Part shown: piece by piece, positions 33,784-47,438 of the stretch
How positions within the stretch are numbered: the stretch's first letter is position 1
How the letters are laid out: the number at the start of each line of letters is the position of its first letter
DNA from: Chlorokybus atmophyticus
Lineage: Eukaryota; Plantae; Mesostigma and Chlorokybus algae
Reading direction: 5' to 3'
Assembly (NCBI GenBank): GCA_009103225.1
Contig: RHPI01001946.1
Span: forward strand, 318,302 to 382,301
Length of the DNA stretch: 64,000 nucleotides
Translations under genes and position numbers: made by a program
Notes under the pieces: model-generated
The model's database searches: none
What the model saw: the letters and a program-made list of their open reading frames with translations, nothing else
Told to the model about the DNA's origin: nothing

Positions 33784-36700
33784 ATGAGCACCGCAATGGA
33801 GGGCAGCGGTGAGGGGAGCCAGGAGGACAGGGCGCTGGCGGAGCGGCTGGAGCACCTCACCGTCCGCACTCAGGTGGGTATGCACAGCATAGACAACATA
33901 TGCCGACCCGCCCCACAATTATGTTCACAACAGTAAGCTAAGAGTAAACAGAGCGCCTGTTGCGTGATGAAGCAAGCGTTGCTCCGGTGGCTGGACACCG
34001 GCATTGCACGTTGCAATGGAGAATACCACGCACATACGAGAGGATGCACAGAAGCGGGTGTGATGGTGAAGTTCATGTCTGTCTCTGCCAAACATTAGTT
34101 GTAGCCTTTTCTCTTAACTCTTTGCTGCATTGGATGTGCGATATGAGTCCGTGCACAAGCCAACACTGTCAATCCCCCACTCAGATGTGTCCGTGTGCTG
34201 AGCATGACATGTGCACGCACACAGTAGTTGCGACATACAGAAGTGGGCGCCATCTTTGTCTGCCAAGGTTATCTCGATTGCCCGCTCGTTGTGCGATAGT
34301 GGCGAGCATTGTGCGTGCATGCACGCATCTGCTGCTCTTCAGCTTGAATGTGACGAACACGTGGTAGCCAAACACCGCGTCAGGAAGTGAACATGCACAC
34401 AATGATAACTCGTAACGTACTGAATCTGTCCGAGTGCATGTACACACGCATGCACATGACAGACTGTCAGTTTGTGCGCCCGCATAATTATGCCATGTTC
34501 AGATATGCATGTATGGTACGCTCTTGGACCGCCCGTGGACAAAGCCTTGGTTGATTTGCAGGCGTCCGTGCGTCGAACTAACTCCAGCGATGACATGACC
34601 GTGCCGTCGACATCAGAGCCAATGCATGCATCAATATCATCACCATCCACACCTTCTGCATCCACAACACCATCGCTCTTCCGCCCGACCCACACCGTGC
34701 TGTGGGACTACACCCCGCGCCCGCACTCGCACCATCACAACCACCTTCACAGACACCACAGCGATGCAGACTCGACCGACACAACAACAGCAGCAACATC
34801 ACCATCCCCAACATCATCACCACCGGGCTCGCCCACTCATAGCAGCAGCGAGCATAAGCCACGGTTCAGGCGGTTTTCGGTGTTTCGATCGGCTGCTCAT
34901 AGTAGTAGTGATGCGGATAGTGTGCATGAAAGTGGTGGTGACAATAAGGCGACGACGACGTCATTGTTGGCGGTGGCGCCGTCGTCGCCAAGTCACACGA
35001 CGAGGAGAAGGCACTTTGCGTCGCTGCTCGAGAGCCTTACGCTGCCGGATTCATCAGCAGGTTGGCAGCGTGTGTGTTTGTGGTGTGCGTGCTTGCGTGC
35101 GTTGGTCCTTGCGATGTGGTGCTGATTCAACCAACACACGCACATCAGGTATCCCGGATCGGCTGGCGATCACAAAGGGTTCTCTGTTGCGTCTGGTCGA
35201 AGTGCGCCCTGACGGCTGGTGGCTCGCTCAGCTTCCCGACGGCACCACCGGCCTCGGTAACAGGATTGACTGCTTGCCTGTTAGTAACGCTACTGTTCTT
35301 TAGTGTTTTGTTGCTTGTTTGTTGTTTCTGCTGCCCCATTCATGGACACATTACCATCTCAGTTCCTGGGGCGTACTTGTCCGCATTGAGGAGGGAGCAC
35401 ACGCCGTCGCGCGCATCGGTGAATTCAACAACGACAACAACTAGCCCGCCGACCAATGCGTTGGCGGTGACGTCCAGGGCGCAATCGGTGTTCACGCCGC
35501 TGACTTCAAGAGAAAGGGTAGATGCAACGGCGGAAGCAAAGAGCGGGACAGAAGCAATGCCCATGCTAGGGCGAAGCAACTCCGTGCATGGTGAGAGAAC
35601 ATACATGCGTACGCGCACGCACATGCACGCTGTTGATGAAGGTGTTGACGATGATGGTGGTGTTGATATAGAGTCCGCGTGGCTTCGAGCTCCAGCATCA
35701 ATGAGTGTCGGCTCCTCCTCCTCCGTCCCGGCAGAGCCACCCGCCTCCTCCTCCTCGTCAACAAGTCACGCCCCCGCGGGCATCAGCTCCAACAGCAGCC
35801 GCAATCCCACCTTCACATCCACCACGGGTTCCGTCCCGCCTTACCTCGAAGCCCTGCAGCGCATCGCCTCCTCATCCGCCTCCCACACCAACACGTACCA
35901 GCTCCCGCTGCCGCCAATCCAAGTCGCAGACGGGAAGGGCGGCGCGGGTATAGCCGAGAGCAGCCTGCGCCTGCAGCCACAGAGAGCAGACAACAATGTG
36001 GATGTGGGGAGTAAGAGGGTCCCGCGCGAGTCGGGTGAAGGAGGAGGAGGTGAGAACCACAGTACCGGCAGGCAGGAGAAGTCTTCCCCGCCTCGTCCAC
36101 CCCCGCGTCCTCGAACCCCTTCGCGCACATCACTCGCAGGCACCTCCTTCACCTCCTTATTCTCCCCAACACTATCCCCAACCTCAGACCGCAACCTGAC
36201 GGGTTCATCCTTGTTGGAGTGCTTATGCTTACCGATAGCGTGGGTTCGCCGCGCCCCCGCCTTAACCTTACGCGCCTTGGATGTGATTCGCTTCGCCGCG
36301 TGGAGCCACGCCGCCGCTCAGGTGACTGCCGTGTACGCCATCTACCAGGCGGTGATGGCGGTGATGGCGTACGCGATCGAGTCTCCCGCGCACAGGACCA
36401 CGTACGCGATGCCCGCCGCGGTCTGGACGCTCGTCGGGGCCGTGTGGGCGCTGCACCACGAGCGCAAGGCCAGCACGCACGCAAGAAGAGGGGTTGGAAG
36501 ACTAAGAGCGCTGGGGTGGTCGGTCTTTGCGGCCGGAGCATGCATCAGCATGTTTACGGTAAGACATTGGTAACCACACTGCGTGCGTGCGTGTGCCGCG
36601 TGTGCATCTCTGTGTGTACAGACACACAGATGCATATGTGTGTGTGCTTGTATCTGGGCACTTGTGCACACGCGCATGCGTGTGCATGTGAGCGTGCACG

Positions 36701-39700
36701 AGTGCGTCTTCTCATCAGGTCACTGGTTGTCATTGAACAGAAAGCTGCTGGGATCTTGGCGGCGTGCTGTGCGATGCTTGCGATCGCGGCGGTGTCGATG
36801 GGTGAGGCGCCTCTGCCGGCTTCATCGGGTGGCGGCATCGCCATCGACCCCTTCGATTGGCTCGTCGGCTTCGTCCTCAGGTACAACACACAAATTGATC
36901 AGATCACAAGAGAGTGTGCATGTGTCGACGCCCGCACGCCCGCACGCACGCGTGACAATGTGTGTGCGCGGCAGAGGGAAAGGGAAGAAACCAAAAGTAG
37001 AGGCCGATACAAATGGCGCGGCCAAGTTGTATGCGATGAGGAGCCTCAAGCCTGGTCGGGGTGGTGAATCGATGAAGAAGCGTGGGACAGTATCAGCGGC
37101 ACAACACACCAACAGCGGAAGGAAGGGTTTGTTTACGCGTGCGCGTGATGCCGTGATGGACTTGCGTCGTCACGACGGTGCCGTGGGTCAGCTCATCCTC
37201 GTGTTGGTGTACGTGGCGCTCAACGCGTTGTTCTTCACGCTGGCGGCGGCAAAGTGGCACGTGCGCGCGAAGAAGGCGGGGATGTCGCGCGTTGCATTTT
37301 TAGCGAAGGCGTTTGGCAACTTGCTCAATTTCAATGGAGCGTTCATACTATTGCCAGTACTGAGGCCGTTCCTCGCACTACTCAACCAGAAGTTTGGGTC
37401 GTTCTCATTAGCCAAAGTGCTACCGCTCAACAAGAACCTACTCCTACACAAGGTGAGTAGTGTGTGTGCATGCGTGTGCGTGTGATTGTGATTATCATTG
37501 TTCTTGTTGCTGCTGTTGTTGTTGTTGTGGATGTTGACAATGCGTGGCAGACGGTGGCGTCGGTGATCTTCGTGTGCGTGTTGGGTCACGTGGGCTTCCA
37601 CTACGCCAACTTTGCGCTGCGGCCGGTGGAGACCAAGAAGTCGTTCAACATCCCGCGCGAGCTATGGACGGGGGAGTTCCTCGTCGCATGCAGTGAGTGG
37701 CACTGTTTCTCTAACATGCACGCTGTGTCACACCATGTGGTAACAAGCACGTGCGCGCGTGCCTATGCGTGCGGTCATGCGCGTGGGTCTGTGCGTGCGT
37801 ACGTGCGTGTGTGCGCGTGTGTACGTGCCTGTATGTCCTCGCTTACCCCTGCGTGTGCGTGCAGTGGCGCTGATGTTGTCTGCTGCGGGCGAGCGCATGC
37901 GTCGCGAGCACTACGAGACCTTCTGGGCCAGCCACCAGCTTCTCTGGCCCTCCTTCGCTCTCCTTCTCGCACACGGTCCCGTCTTCTACCTCTGGAGCGC
38001 ACTGCCACTAGGTTGTTACGTTGCCGACCGCCTTGTCGCACGCAGCCGCTGGGGCCTCGTCGGAGGCCGACGCGTGACCGTACTACAAGCCGTGTGGGAA
38101 CAACCCAACGTGTTGAAGCTCGTGTTGTCCAACAAGTGGCGGCCGCGTACGGGGAGCATGTGGACACGCGTGTCGTACATGTTGGGACGAAAAAGGGAGC
38201 TACTTCACTATAAGACGGGACAGTACTTGCGTCTCAATTGCCCGTACGTGTCGGAGTTACAGTGGCACCCTTTCACAATATCATCACCAGCTTCAGATCC
38301 AGACGCACTCACTTTACATATAAAGAGTGCGAGGCCGGGGAGTTGGACCTCGAGCATGCGTGAGCTGTTTGTTGCCCTCATGGGTGACGAGGACGACGTG
38401 AGCTTCACGTCACCCTCGGGTCAACCGGGCACGTGGCGCGGGCCGGGTGGCGTAAGGTTGTTACGTGTGGACGGACCCTACCCGGCACCCGCTCAACACG
38501 TATCTGAGTATGATACAGTTCTACTTGTTGGTGCGGGGATCGGCCTCACGCCATTCGCTGGCGTGCTGCGCGACATCATTGAGTACATATGGCCACATAA
38601 GAATACCACTCACAAGTGTCCGCGACACGTGTACTTCCATTGGGCGTGCCGGCGCGGTGACCTGGCGTCCTACGCGTGGTTCCTGGATCTACTGAAGGGT
38701 CTCCACGCGCGTTACCGTGGTATGGCCACCGCGGGGAGAGGTGTCGTGTTTCAAGTGTACGTGCACGTGACGGGGCCGTGCTCGCCGGGAGCGTTGGCGG
38801 AGGTGCGCGCGGCGTGCGGGGACCACGGGTGCTCGGGAGAGTGTTGTGGGGTCGGAGGGGGAGCGTGTATCGGGGAGTCGTCGCTGGAGCTGCCGAGACA
38901 TACGGCTACGCTCAAGGATATCGTCGCGTTCACGCGAGGTGGGTTACGGCGGTTGTTGTCGTTGTGTATGTGGATGTGCCGAGACTGACATCACTCTCTC
39001 GCAGAGCGGGAGAAGGAGTCGAGGCCGATGCTCACCCTCGCGGACGTCGTGAAGAGGGCCGCCGCCGCCACTGACGAGAGAGAAGCAGCAGCGCAGCGAC
39101 CACAGAGCCCACAAGACAACCCTACCCACGACAACAAGGCTTCATCCAGTCCCGCGTGGCCGTTGTCGCCGGTTCTGGTGATGCGTCCTTTGGAAGAGAG
39201 TGAGAGCGTGAATGAGTCTCCTCGCACGGCGTCGTCCCGTGCTCTGACCGCGCTTGGGGCGTGGGTGGACGACGCCCCCGCGCTGTCCATGAGCGCGTAC
39301 GCGCTGGAGTACGGCCTCGACACACCAAGAGAAGACTACCCGTACGTGCGCACGCGTGCGTGGAGAGTGCAAACGACGACGTTGGCTAACACGTGTGCGT
39401 GCGCGCGTACAGGATGTCTCCCCCTGCGGTGAGACAGAGAGAGGGTGATGGTGGTGCAAAGGGCAAGCTGGCGATGCACTATCTTGCGGACGAGGAGGAG
39501 CAGCGGGACGCACCCGCACACAGCCTCAAACCGGGATGCTGGCAGCCGTGGATACACGTCAGCAGGTGCGTATGACTTCGCCATACGCGCGCGTACATGC
39601 GCGTATGTGCACATGCCTTGGCAACGTTACGTGCCTGCGACACGCACGTGCGCCGTGTGCAAGCGAGGTGACCCTACATGTTGTACAACGTGCGGTGCGG

Positions 39701-40041
39701 ACGATCATGAATGCGTCTCTCTTCGTAAATCCACAGAGGGCGGCCCAAGTGGGACATCGTGTTTGCGGACATACGCCGGCGGCATCGCAACGAAGCCATC
39801 GGAGTCTTCCACTGCGGGCCAATGGGCCACCAGATCAAAGAGGTATGTGCTGTGTTGTGTACTACATGCACTTGTTGGCGGCTTCAACATCAGCAGGTGG
39901 TCGGTCAGTGCTGAAACATGCTCTGTGTGTGTGTGTGTGCGCGCGCAGCTATGCGCGCGGCACACGAAGATAGCGGAGAGCGCGGGGCGCGGGGAAACGC
40001 AAGAGAAGACGATATTCACACCGCACGTCGAGGTGTTTTAG
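33784..40041 (+). CDS. NADPH oxidase (gp91phox/RBOH-like) with N-terminal split SH3 domain and extra TM helices; no EF-hands seen
   Basis: Spliced frame joins SH3 (THTVLWDY...LAITKGSLL...DGWWLAQLPDGTTGLVPGAYL) to the NOX core: AKAFGNLLNFN, heme His pairs H-x13-H and H-x12-H, TG motif, GQYLRL, QWHPFTISS, VDGPY, VGAGIGLTPF, GRPKWD, GVFHCGP, C-terminal HVEVF*. Exons between 33873 and 34562 are uncertain. Confidence 0.85.
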
Positions 40042-40393
40042 ATGGCCCAAGCACAACAAGCAAACTCTAACGCGCATCATCAGCAAGCATTACTAGGGGA
40101 TCGTACCATCTAGCTGTAGGCATACTGCATTACGTAGCAGAAGGATACAGTAATAGATCTCTTTGCAGCTCATAATCAGAGCTGGTGCAGGTGCAGGTGC
40201 AGGTGATGAAGTTTGTTGCGACGGGCGTGTCTTGCATGCTGACAGAGGGCACACAACCACAGGGACCCACAGCACATTGTGTCATTGTGTTTCGCACGAA
40301 AGCTTCCATAGCCACATCTACCCATCGGCAGTATACAAGTATACAACACCCTGTCGCGACCAAGTGTGTCTCTGTCATTGAGCATTATGCTGG

Positions 40394-43300
40394 TCACCGT
40401 AAGTAGAGTTCCGTGTAGTCCATGGACGTGCCCATCTTCCTCGCCCGGTGCAGTTTGTCGTGTATGGCCGCCCCGTTCCCCGCCCCGCGCACCACAAAGG
40501 TGCGGCCGAGACCCGCCATGCCGAGACGGACCGACATGCCAAGACGACCGGACAGGCCCAGGTGACGACGCGTGCGCCAACCGCGCAAGTGGGCCTGGAG
40601 ACACGGGCAAGAGAGAGAGTGGGTGTTGTGGATGCGTGCTCGTATGTAGCCCACATTCACACTCTACCTGGACAATGACCACTGCACGGTCCTGGCGGTA
40701 GTGCTTGCGTTGGAGGAAGCCACGCGCGCATTTCTGTCACACAACGACAATCAGCTTTGCTTTAACTCCTTACAGATGGCACAGCACATGACGGTGCGCA
40801 TACAAGCTCTTGACTCACCTGTATTGTGACAGCGGCCTGCTGGGTGCCAGCTGGTAATCTCTGCATTGCACACGTGTTCTCAACATTCGATCGTGATACA
40901 GCTGACCTCCGTGTGCCATGGGAATAGCAAGTAGTTGAGACATCACCTCATAGCTGCGGTGTTGGCAGTACCATGTACTGGAATCCAGCACCTCCAACAC
41001 GCTATCATCCCTGCCCCTTGCCATGGCAGATTGGGAAGCATCAGCAGTATCGTCATCGCCAACATCACCATTGCCGTCGTCGTCACGGTCCCACACGCGT
41101 CGCGGTCGCACCACGCCTTTGACACCGCCGAATGAAGGTTGTTGTTGCGACTGCGCGAGAGCGCGCGTGCTGATGATGCGCTTGCGACGGTGCGAGGACA
41201 GCAAACCACCTGCGCGTCGTGTGCAAAGTGGGCTTCGTGTGCATGCGCATGCGCGCGCGAGTGCAATTGAAAATAAGATGACACGCAGGCGCAAGCGCAA
41301 CACACCTGTGCGCTGGACGGCCAGCACCTCGGCCACCACAACACCCTCTTTGAGACGTGTATCATCCTCTTCATTCGGGGGCGGGGGTGGCCTCTTGTCC
41401 GCGTGGCCCCATTGACGGCCGCCTGCGCAACACCCCACCGTGCACTTTGGTACAAGGCTCACGTGCAAGCACACACACAGCGTGCGCACCTGCGACTGGT
41501 ACGACGCGTCGCGCTCTTCTTCTCACGGGCGCACTAAAGTCCACCCCGCTCCCCTCACTGTTATCGTACCCCTTCCTCTCTTCCCTCTCCCTCTCCACTG
41601 CCTCCTCCTCCCTCCTCCTCCTTGCCATCGCCTTGCTCCGCTCCCGCATCACGCGCAGCGCAGACTCCAGGCTCGCGTCCACGTCGTCGTCCACGCCTGC
41701 GCCGGGAGTGCGGGCGCGGGATCGGGGGCGCAAACCGGCGCTCTTGGGACGCTTCGATAGAAGCAGCGCGGCGGCGGCAGACGCGGAGGAGAGTGGTGGT
41801 TTATTGGGGTTGCGCTCCACATTGCCATCTTGGCTAAGACGGTGCTCGCGCACGACGGTCTGTGACACATACGATGTGTTGTCGTTGGTCGGCCATGTGC
41901 GTTTGCGCGTGTGTGCGTGTGTTGTGTTGGTTTACTTTACTTTGGTGAGGTTGGCGAGCTGGTTGCCTGCTGCCCCCGCGCTGGTGGCGGCCGCGATCTT
42001 CTTGACGGCCTGCTTGAGCTGTCCTCGCGCTTCCGTGGCCTTGTTGGTCTCCAGGTAGTGCACGTCGTTGAAGAACTGACCCTGTCACACGTGGCCGTAT
42101 GTTGAGGGGGGATACAGGTATAAACCCGAGACAGTGCGGGAGAGCAAGCATGCACGCAAGGGGCCCATCTATCTCCCCTTCTTGCCTGTGCCCAGCCACC
42201 AATGACGTACATGCGTGTGCCCACCATCGTTGCCGTGTGGCCTGCGCGCGGCCCCACCTGAAAGTGTGTGTGCTGTCGTGTTGAGGGGTGTGTGCTTGGA
42301 ATTTGAGTCACACACAACAGTCAGTGCACCACCTTGGCGCCTGTGATGAGTGCGTCTTCCCAGAAGGCGCTTCCGTCAGCCACCTGCTCCACGTTGAGCA
42401 CGTACGTGTCGTCGCGGTGCCGAGACCCGTCCCAGCCCCCGTACATGTACACCCGCCCTGCGCGCGTGTGCAGTGCAACGTTGTTACTGCGTGTCATGCA
42501 CATCAACAGCAACCCCGACAGTTTATTCTTCCCCCCCACCCACCTTTCCCGTCGTAGACTGCGGTGTGTCCGCTCCTTGCGCTCATGCTGTTCTTGCCGC
42601 TGTCGCACTCCACCTCTCGCCACTCCATCAGCGTCAGGTCCAGAGCCCACACGTCACCCAGTTGCCCGTCCGCGTTTTGCCCCCCTGGCCGCGGGCGGGC
42701 GTGTTTGCGTGTGTGTGTCTGTGCATGCCATGCGGTGTGTTGTGCTGTGATCGACATGTGTCAACCCTACCGCACCTATGACGAGGAGGATGCGACCAGG
42801 GAGAAGGACGGTGGCATGCGCAGCTCGGGGGGGTGGAGAAACTGATGGTCGCCTGCGCATCAAGTTCCAAAAAGGCATAAATGTTGGTGTGTGTGTGTGT
42901 GTGTGTGGGGGTGTGTGNNNNNNNNNNNNNNNNNNNNNNNNNNNNNNNNNNNNNNNNNNNNNNNNNNNNNNNNNNNNNNNNNNNNNNNNNNNNNNNNNNN
43001 NNNNNNNNNNNNNNNNNNNNNNNNNNNNNNNNNNNNNNGGGAGGACACAGGTAGATGACCTGTAGCTCCATGTCGCGTTGTGTAGGTCGAGGACGTACAC
43101 CTGGTCCACGAAGCCCCCGTGCCACCCTCCAAACATCACAGCATGCGACGACCCCACCTGCGCACAGTGCAAACACAATGCGGATGTGTGACATGGAGAA
43201 AGTGTGGAGTGCCCGCCTCCTTCCTCATCCCCTCACCAGCGTGAATGTGTGGGAGCACCTGGCCAGCGGGACGTCCCCGCTCGTCGCAACCTGCTCACAT

Positions 43301-44150
43301 GCTGTTGTCACACGTGAAACAACATTCTATACATGCCATCACCGTGCGCGTATGTATGCATGCCTACCGTGTTCCAGACGTCTTCAGTCTGGCCTTCAGG
43401 TGGCTCCGCGTCATCTCGCCTGCGCGCATGCTTCCCTCCACCAACGAGCTTGAGTGCCGACAGTCCTGATGACGCCGACGCTGCGGCGATGATGCTCGAT
43501 CCGTTCTCCACAACATCCTTGATCACGCGCCACTCGTCCATCATCTCCACGTCGCCCTCGAGGCCGCCGCCACCGCGCACGCCACCATAGCACAGCACCC
43601 GAGGAAGCGGCGGCGTGTCCGTGTCTCTCGGTGTTGTGGACGGGCCCACGATGAGGAGGGTGTGGTATGCGCGCGCGCGGGGGGGACGGTAGAAGTGCAC
43701 CGCACCCCATTTGCCCGTGCCCGTGTGGAGGGAGAAGCAGTTGTGGAAGTAGATGGAGTCGGCACCGCCGCCGTGGATGAAGATGCGCTTGTCACTGGGC
43801 ATGAGAGGAGCGATTCCATGTCGCATGGCCATGCATGTTGATCAGCGTGTGTGTGTGTGTGCCGTACCCTGCTCCGAGTGTGAACGCTGCATGCCCTGAT
43901 CGCCCTTCCGGCCTGTGCGTGTACGGCTGCACGCTCGTCTCCACCTGCGCAAGCACGCACGCATGGCTGTCGTAATACAATGGAACTGACTCGTCTCTCT
44001 CTGCATCTATGTATGTACACACTTGCTTGCTCGCTCGATTTCTTTTGAGCAGAGGCGCCTCACCTTGTGCCAAACGAGAGTGCTTTTGGCTCCCGCTCCC
44101 GCCCCGCTCGCCGCTGTCGTGGGACGGCTCGTCCCCGTAGCAGGTCGCAT
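40394..44150 (-). CDS. Kelch-repeat beta-propeller protein with charged coiled-coil region and C-terminal IQ motifs
   Basis: Kelch motifs PEGRSGHAA, IFIHGG, PRARAYHT, VMFGGW, PPPRAAHA, SARSGHTA, VYMYGGWDG, GPRAGHTATMVGTRMYVIGG; IQ-like KCARGFLQRKHY and VIVQAHLRGWRTRRHL. An assembly gap (42918-43038) lies inside; start codon uncertain. Confidence 0.8.
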
Positions 44151-44975
44151 CGTGGGTCGCTGCTCGATCGGATGGATGGGTGGGTGGATGGTTTTGTTCA
44201 ATCACGTCACCCCGTCCATCAATGGGCTGGCCTGCCTTTTGCGCCGCCGGGCAGTCAGGCGGGCAGGCGAGCAGGGGAGCACAAGCACAAGCACCGGCAC
44301 CTGTCTTGTCTACTCCTGGAAGCAAAGAGAGAGTCACAGCGCAAGCAGCAGCCTCCTCACCAAGTCTACCTACCCTTCGCCCCGAAACATACGCTTGGCT
44401 GGCTGCCGCCGCCGCCACCACCCGGCGATTCCAGGCAGGTCACGTGCGAGGCGAGGCGAGGCGAGGCGAGGCCGGGCCGGGCACGTCACGGACATTGACA
44501 GCAGCATAATCGCAACCCGGTACCCGGCGGCACCATGCTGCCGCGCCGCGCCGTACAGAGCTGTCCTACTACTCGTCACGTGACAGGGCGATATAGCGCG
44601 AAGTCACGTGCACGTACTACTAGCTGCCACCGCCGTCCGATGCAATTCCCGCGGGATCGGACGGCGAGAAGGCCCCTATTCCATTTCCAGCCACACACAA
44701 AAAGCACACCAGAAAGAGTCTCTCTCGCACTCGCACACATACAGACAGCACTGTGGGCAGGAAGCTGTGGCATACGGCAGGCATTGCAGCAGGGGGTTGG
44801 GCTGGGAATAGCAGAGCTGTGCAGTGCACGCAGAGACTCTCAGCACACAGGCTGCTGGTGTGTGAGTGTGGTTGCACAAACGTGAGGGAAGGGGTTGGAG
44901 GCTGCAGGCAGGAAGGACCAGGAGGAGAGAGAAAGACAGGGAGGCAGTAAGGACCAGGAGAAGAGATTAGCAGAC

Positions 44976-45971
44976 ATGGGTATCTTTGGAAGGTGAGAGA
45001 CTCGTAGAGGAAACCACCTGTGTGCGTGCGTGGCTGTGTGCACGTATGTGTCTACACGTGCGAACATGTGTGCGTGTGCGTGTGCCTGTGCCTGTTGTCT
45101 CTGTGTGCCTGTACGGGTGAGCGTGTGCTTGCTGCCAACCTCAACACTTCAAATGTCACTCACTTGCAGGCGTCGTCTGCCCCGGTCTGAGGCTGCTGCG
45201 GCTGCCGCGGCAGAATGCGGGCCCATCAGGATGGAGCTAGAAAAGGGCACCACAATCGTCTTTGAGAAAGGACAATGGCGATGCGGTGAGTTGTTGGTGT
45301 TGATATCATCACCATCAAACAGTTTCACCTAGACCACTTCCAGCAGTGGCTAACTGTGAGCTCACTGTCATCACTCCAGAGGGAATGCAAGGCCTACCCA
45401 ACACAAAGGAAGGCGTAGAACAGGAGCTCATGGAGCTGAGGAACAACAACAGGAAACAGGTGTGCATAACGTGTATACTTCACACATACATCTTGAACTA
45501 TGTCTGTTGATGTGGTTGTTGGAATGGATGAGCGTGTCTTATATCTGTCTGGCCTTCGTTCTGTCAGTTGAAGGAGCTCGACAGGCTGAAGGCAAAGTTG
45601 GGTGAGAGGAAAGAACTGCAGGAGAGGTGGAATCTGCTGGACTTCAAGTATCAGCTCCTCATCGACATGGTGAGAACACTGTGTCTCTGCGTGTACGCGT
45701 CCGCGTATGCGCATGCGCGTGTCTACATCACACTTGCGTGTTGACATGAGTGCACTGGATTCAGTTCTGATGTGTGGGTATGTTGTTCGTGCAGTGGACT
45801 ATGAGGGTGCTGGACAATGAGAAGGAGCAGAAGGAGGGCTATGAGATGCCTGTCACACACGGGCGTAACAGCCATCAATACGAAAAGACTGCCAGCGAGT
45901 ACTCGCATCATGGCGAAAAGAAGAGGGACTCGCGGTCACACTCTCTTAAAGCGCACTCCATGTACACATGA
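44976..45971 (+). CDS. CBY: Chibby-family coiled-coil protein (basal body/cilia), 5 exons
   Basis: MGIFG...GPIRMELEKGTTIVFEKGQWRCE...RWNLLDFKYQLLIDMW parallels Chibby MPFFG...LKFENGQWIAE...NNLLRLKVDILLDML (recalled consensus); frame-consistent GT-AG introns. Confidence 0.72.
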
Positions 45972-46945
45972 GACCCCAATAACATGTGGCATGCCATGTA
46001 CAGAGACCAAGTACGGGGTGGCTTAACCGTAATGTAATAATAATACGATAGCAATGCACCGACATCCAATCAAGATATATATGAGACGAGATGTCTGTTT
46101 GTAGGTTTAGTCTGCACGATGGAGTCATTGCGCGTAATGTTCGAGAGAGTGAGTGACTAAGATCTTGCTCGTGTCTTTTCACACAACCCGAGCTATACTC
46201 ACATGTGCGTGCACGTGTGCGCGCGTACCTGCACACCCACACAAAAGCATTTGGAGCCTGAGCGTTTCTGCTGGTCCAGGTTCAGTTCTTTGAAGAACAC
46301 ACTCACAGCTTGAGGATCTTGACTTGGACTGCGGGTGTGTCCGCACTGTCGTCCTTTGGTTGTCTTGGCCCCCTTGGTGCCTACGCCACCCTGTGCTGCT
46401 GTACGCTTGTCCTCCAGCTGGCTGACTAGCTGCGCAGAGACAGGGATATGGCTTCAATTGGTGCTTGCACAAGGGAAATGGACAGCAAGACACAACATAC
46501 AGATTGACAAACGGCACACAGCCTCATTGGACACGCATTTGCAAACAGTGGACGCCTTGATGTAGGTGATGTGCACATGAACAGTAGTGCACGTGCACAC
46601 AGCGTGCAGCCAGGATGAAGCGCATGTGCTGCGGACTTCAGCATCACGCAGACACGATTACTCATGCTCACGCAGACCCTTAACACGGGAGCACGCACAG
46701 ATACACATGTGCCTGTACACAATGGGTGCGCACGCGCGCAGTTGTGGGTGCCTTATTGCACACCTGTGCGTATTGGGTATACTTGACGTCTGTAACAATT
46801 CCGCATACCTCGCGCGTCAGACAAACTGTCTTTTACTTGGCACAATATACACACAATATCTTCTCTCTTGCCTGTCGTCCTGTTGCTGTTACTTCACACT
46901 CACCGTCTGCTTTGCTCACAGACCTGCTCATATCCAACAAACCTT

Positions 46946-47438
46946 TGCTGCTCTGTTATTTTCTCCAAACCAGCAAACTCCATATTATCAACCAGGTGAC
47001 ATGTCATAGCAAACCTCCACAACATGACACGCAACGTTGTTGTCGCAATACAATTCAGACAATCCAGAAACAGTAACATACCCACACGGTTGTGCGTGGG
47101 AGCTACAACATACCAAGTATTCTTCAACTCACATGGTCGCTAATCTTCGCAGCTAAACGCGATTTGAGCTGGACACCTGTAACATTACAGTATACTTGCT
47201 GCTCTGTTATTTTCTCTAAACCAGCAACCTCCATATTATCAACCAGGTGACATGTCATAGCAAACCTTCACAACATGACATGCAACGTTGTTGTTGCAAT
47301 ACAATTCAGAAACAGTAACATACCCACACGGTTGTGCGTGGGAGCTACAACATACCAAGTACTCTTCAACTTACATGGTCGCTAATCTTCGCAGCTAAAC
47401 GCGATATGAGCTGGACACCTGTAACATTACAGTATACT
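46946..47438. repeat. Tandem duplication of ~250 bp
   Basis: 46946-47196 and 47197-47438 are near-identical, with a few substitutions and one 9-bp indel. Confidence 0.92.

Noticed and set aside
32567-33918. ORFs 32567-32863 (-), 32715-33194 (+) and 33415-33918 (-)
   Set aside because: No recognisable domains or consistent splice model; the last is antisense to the NOX leader.
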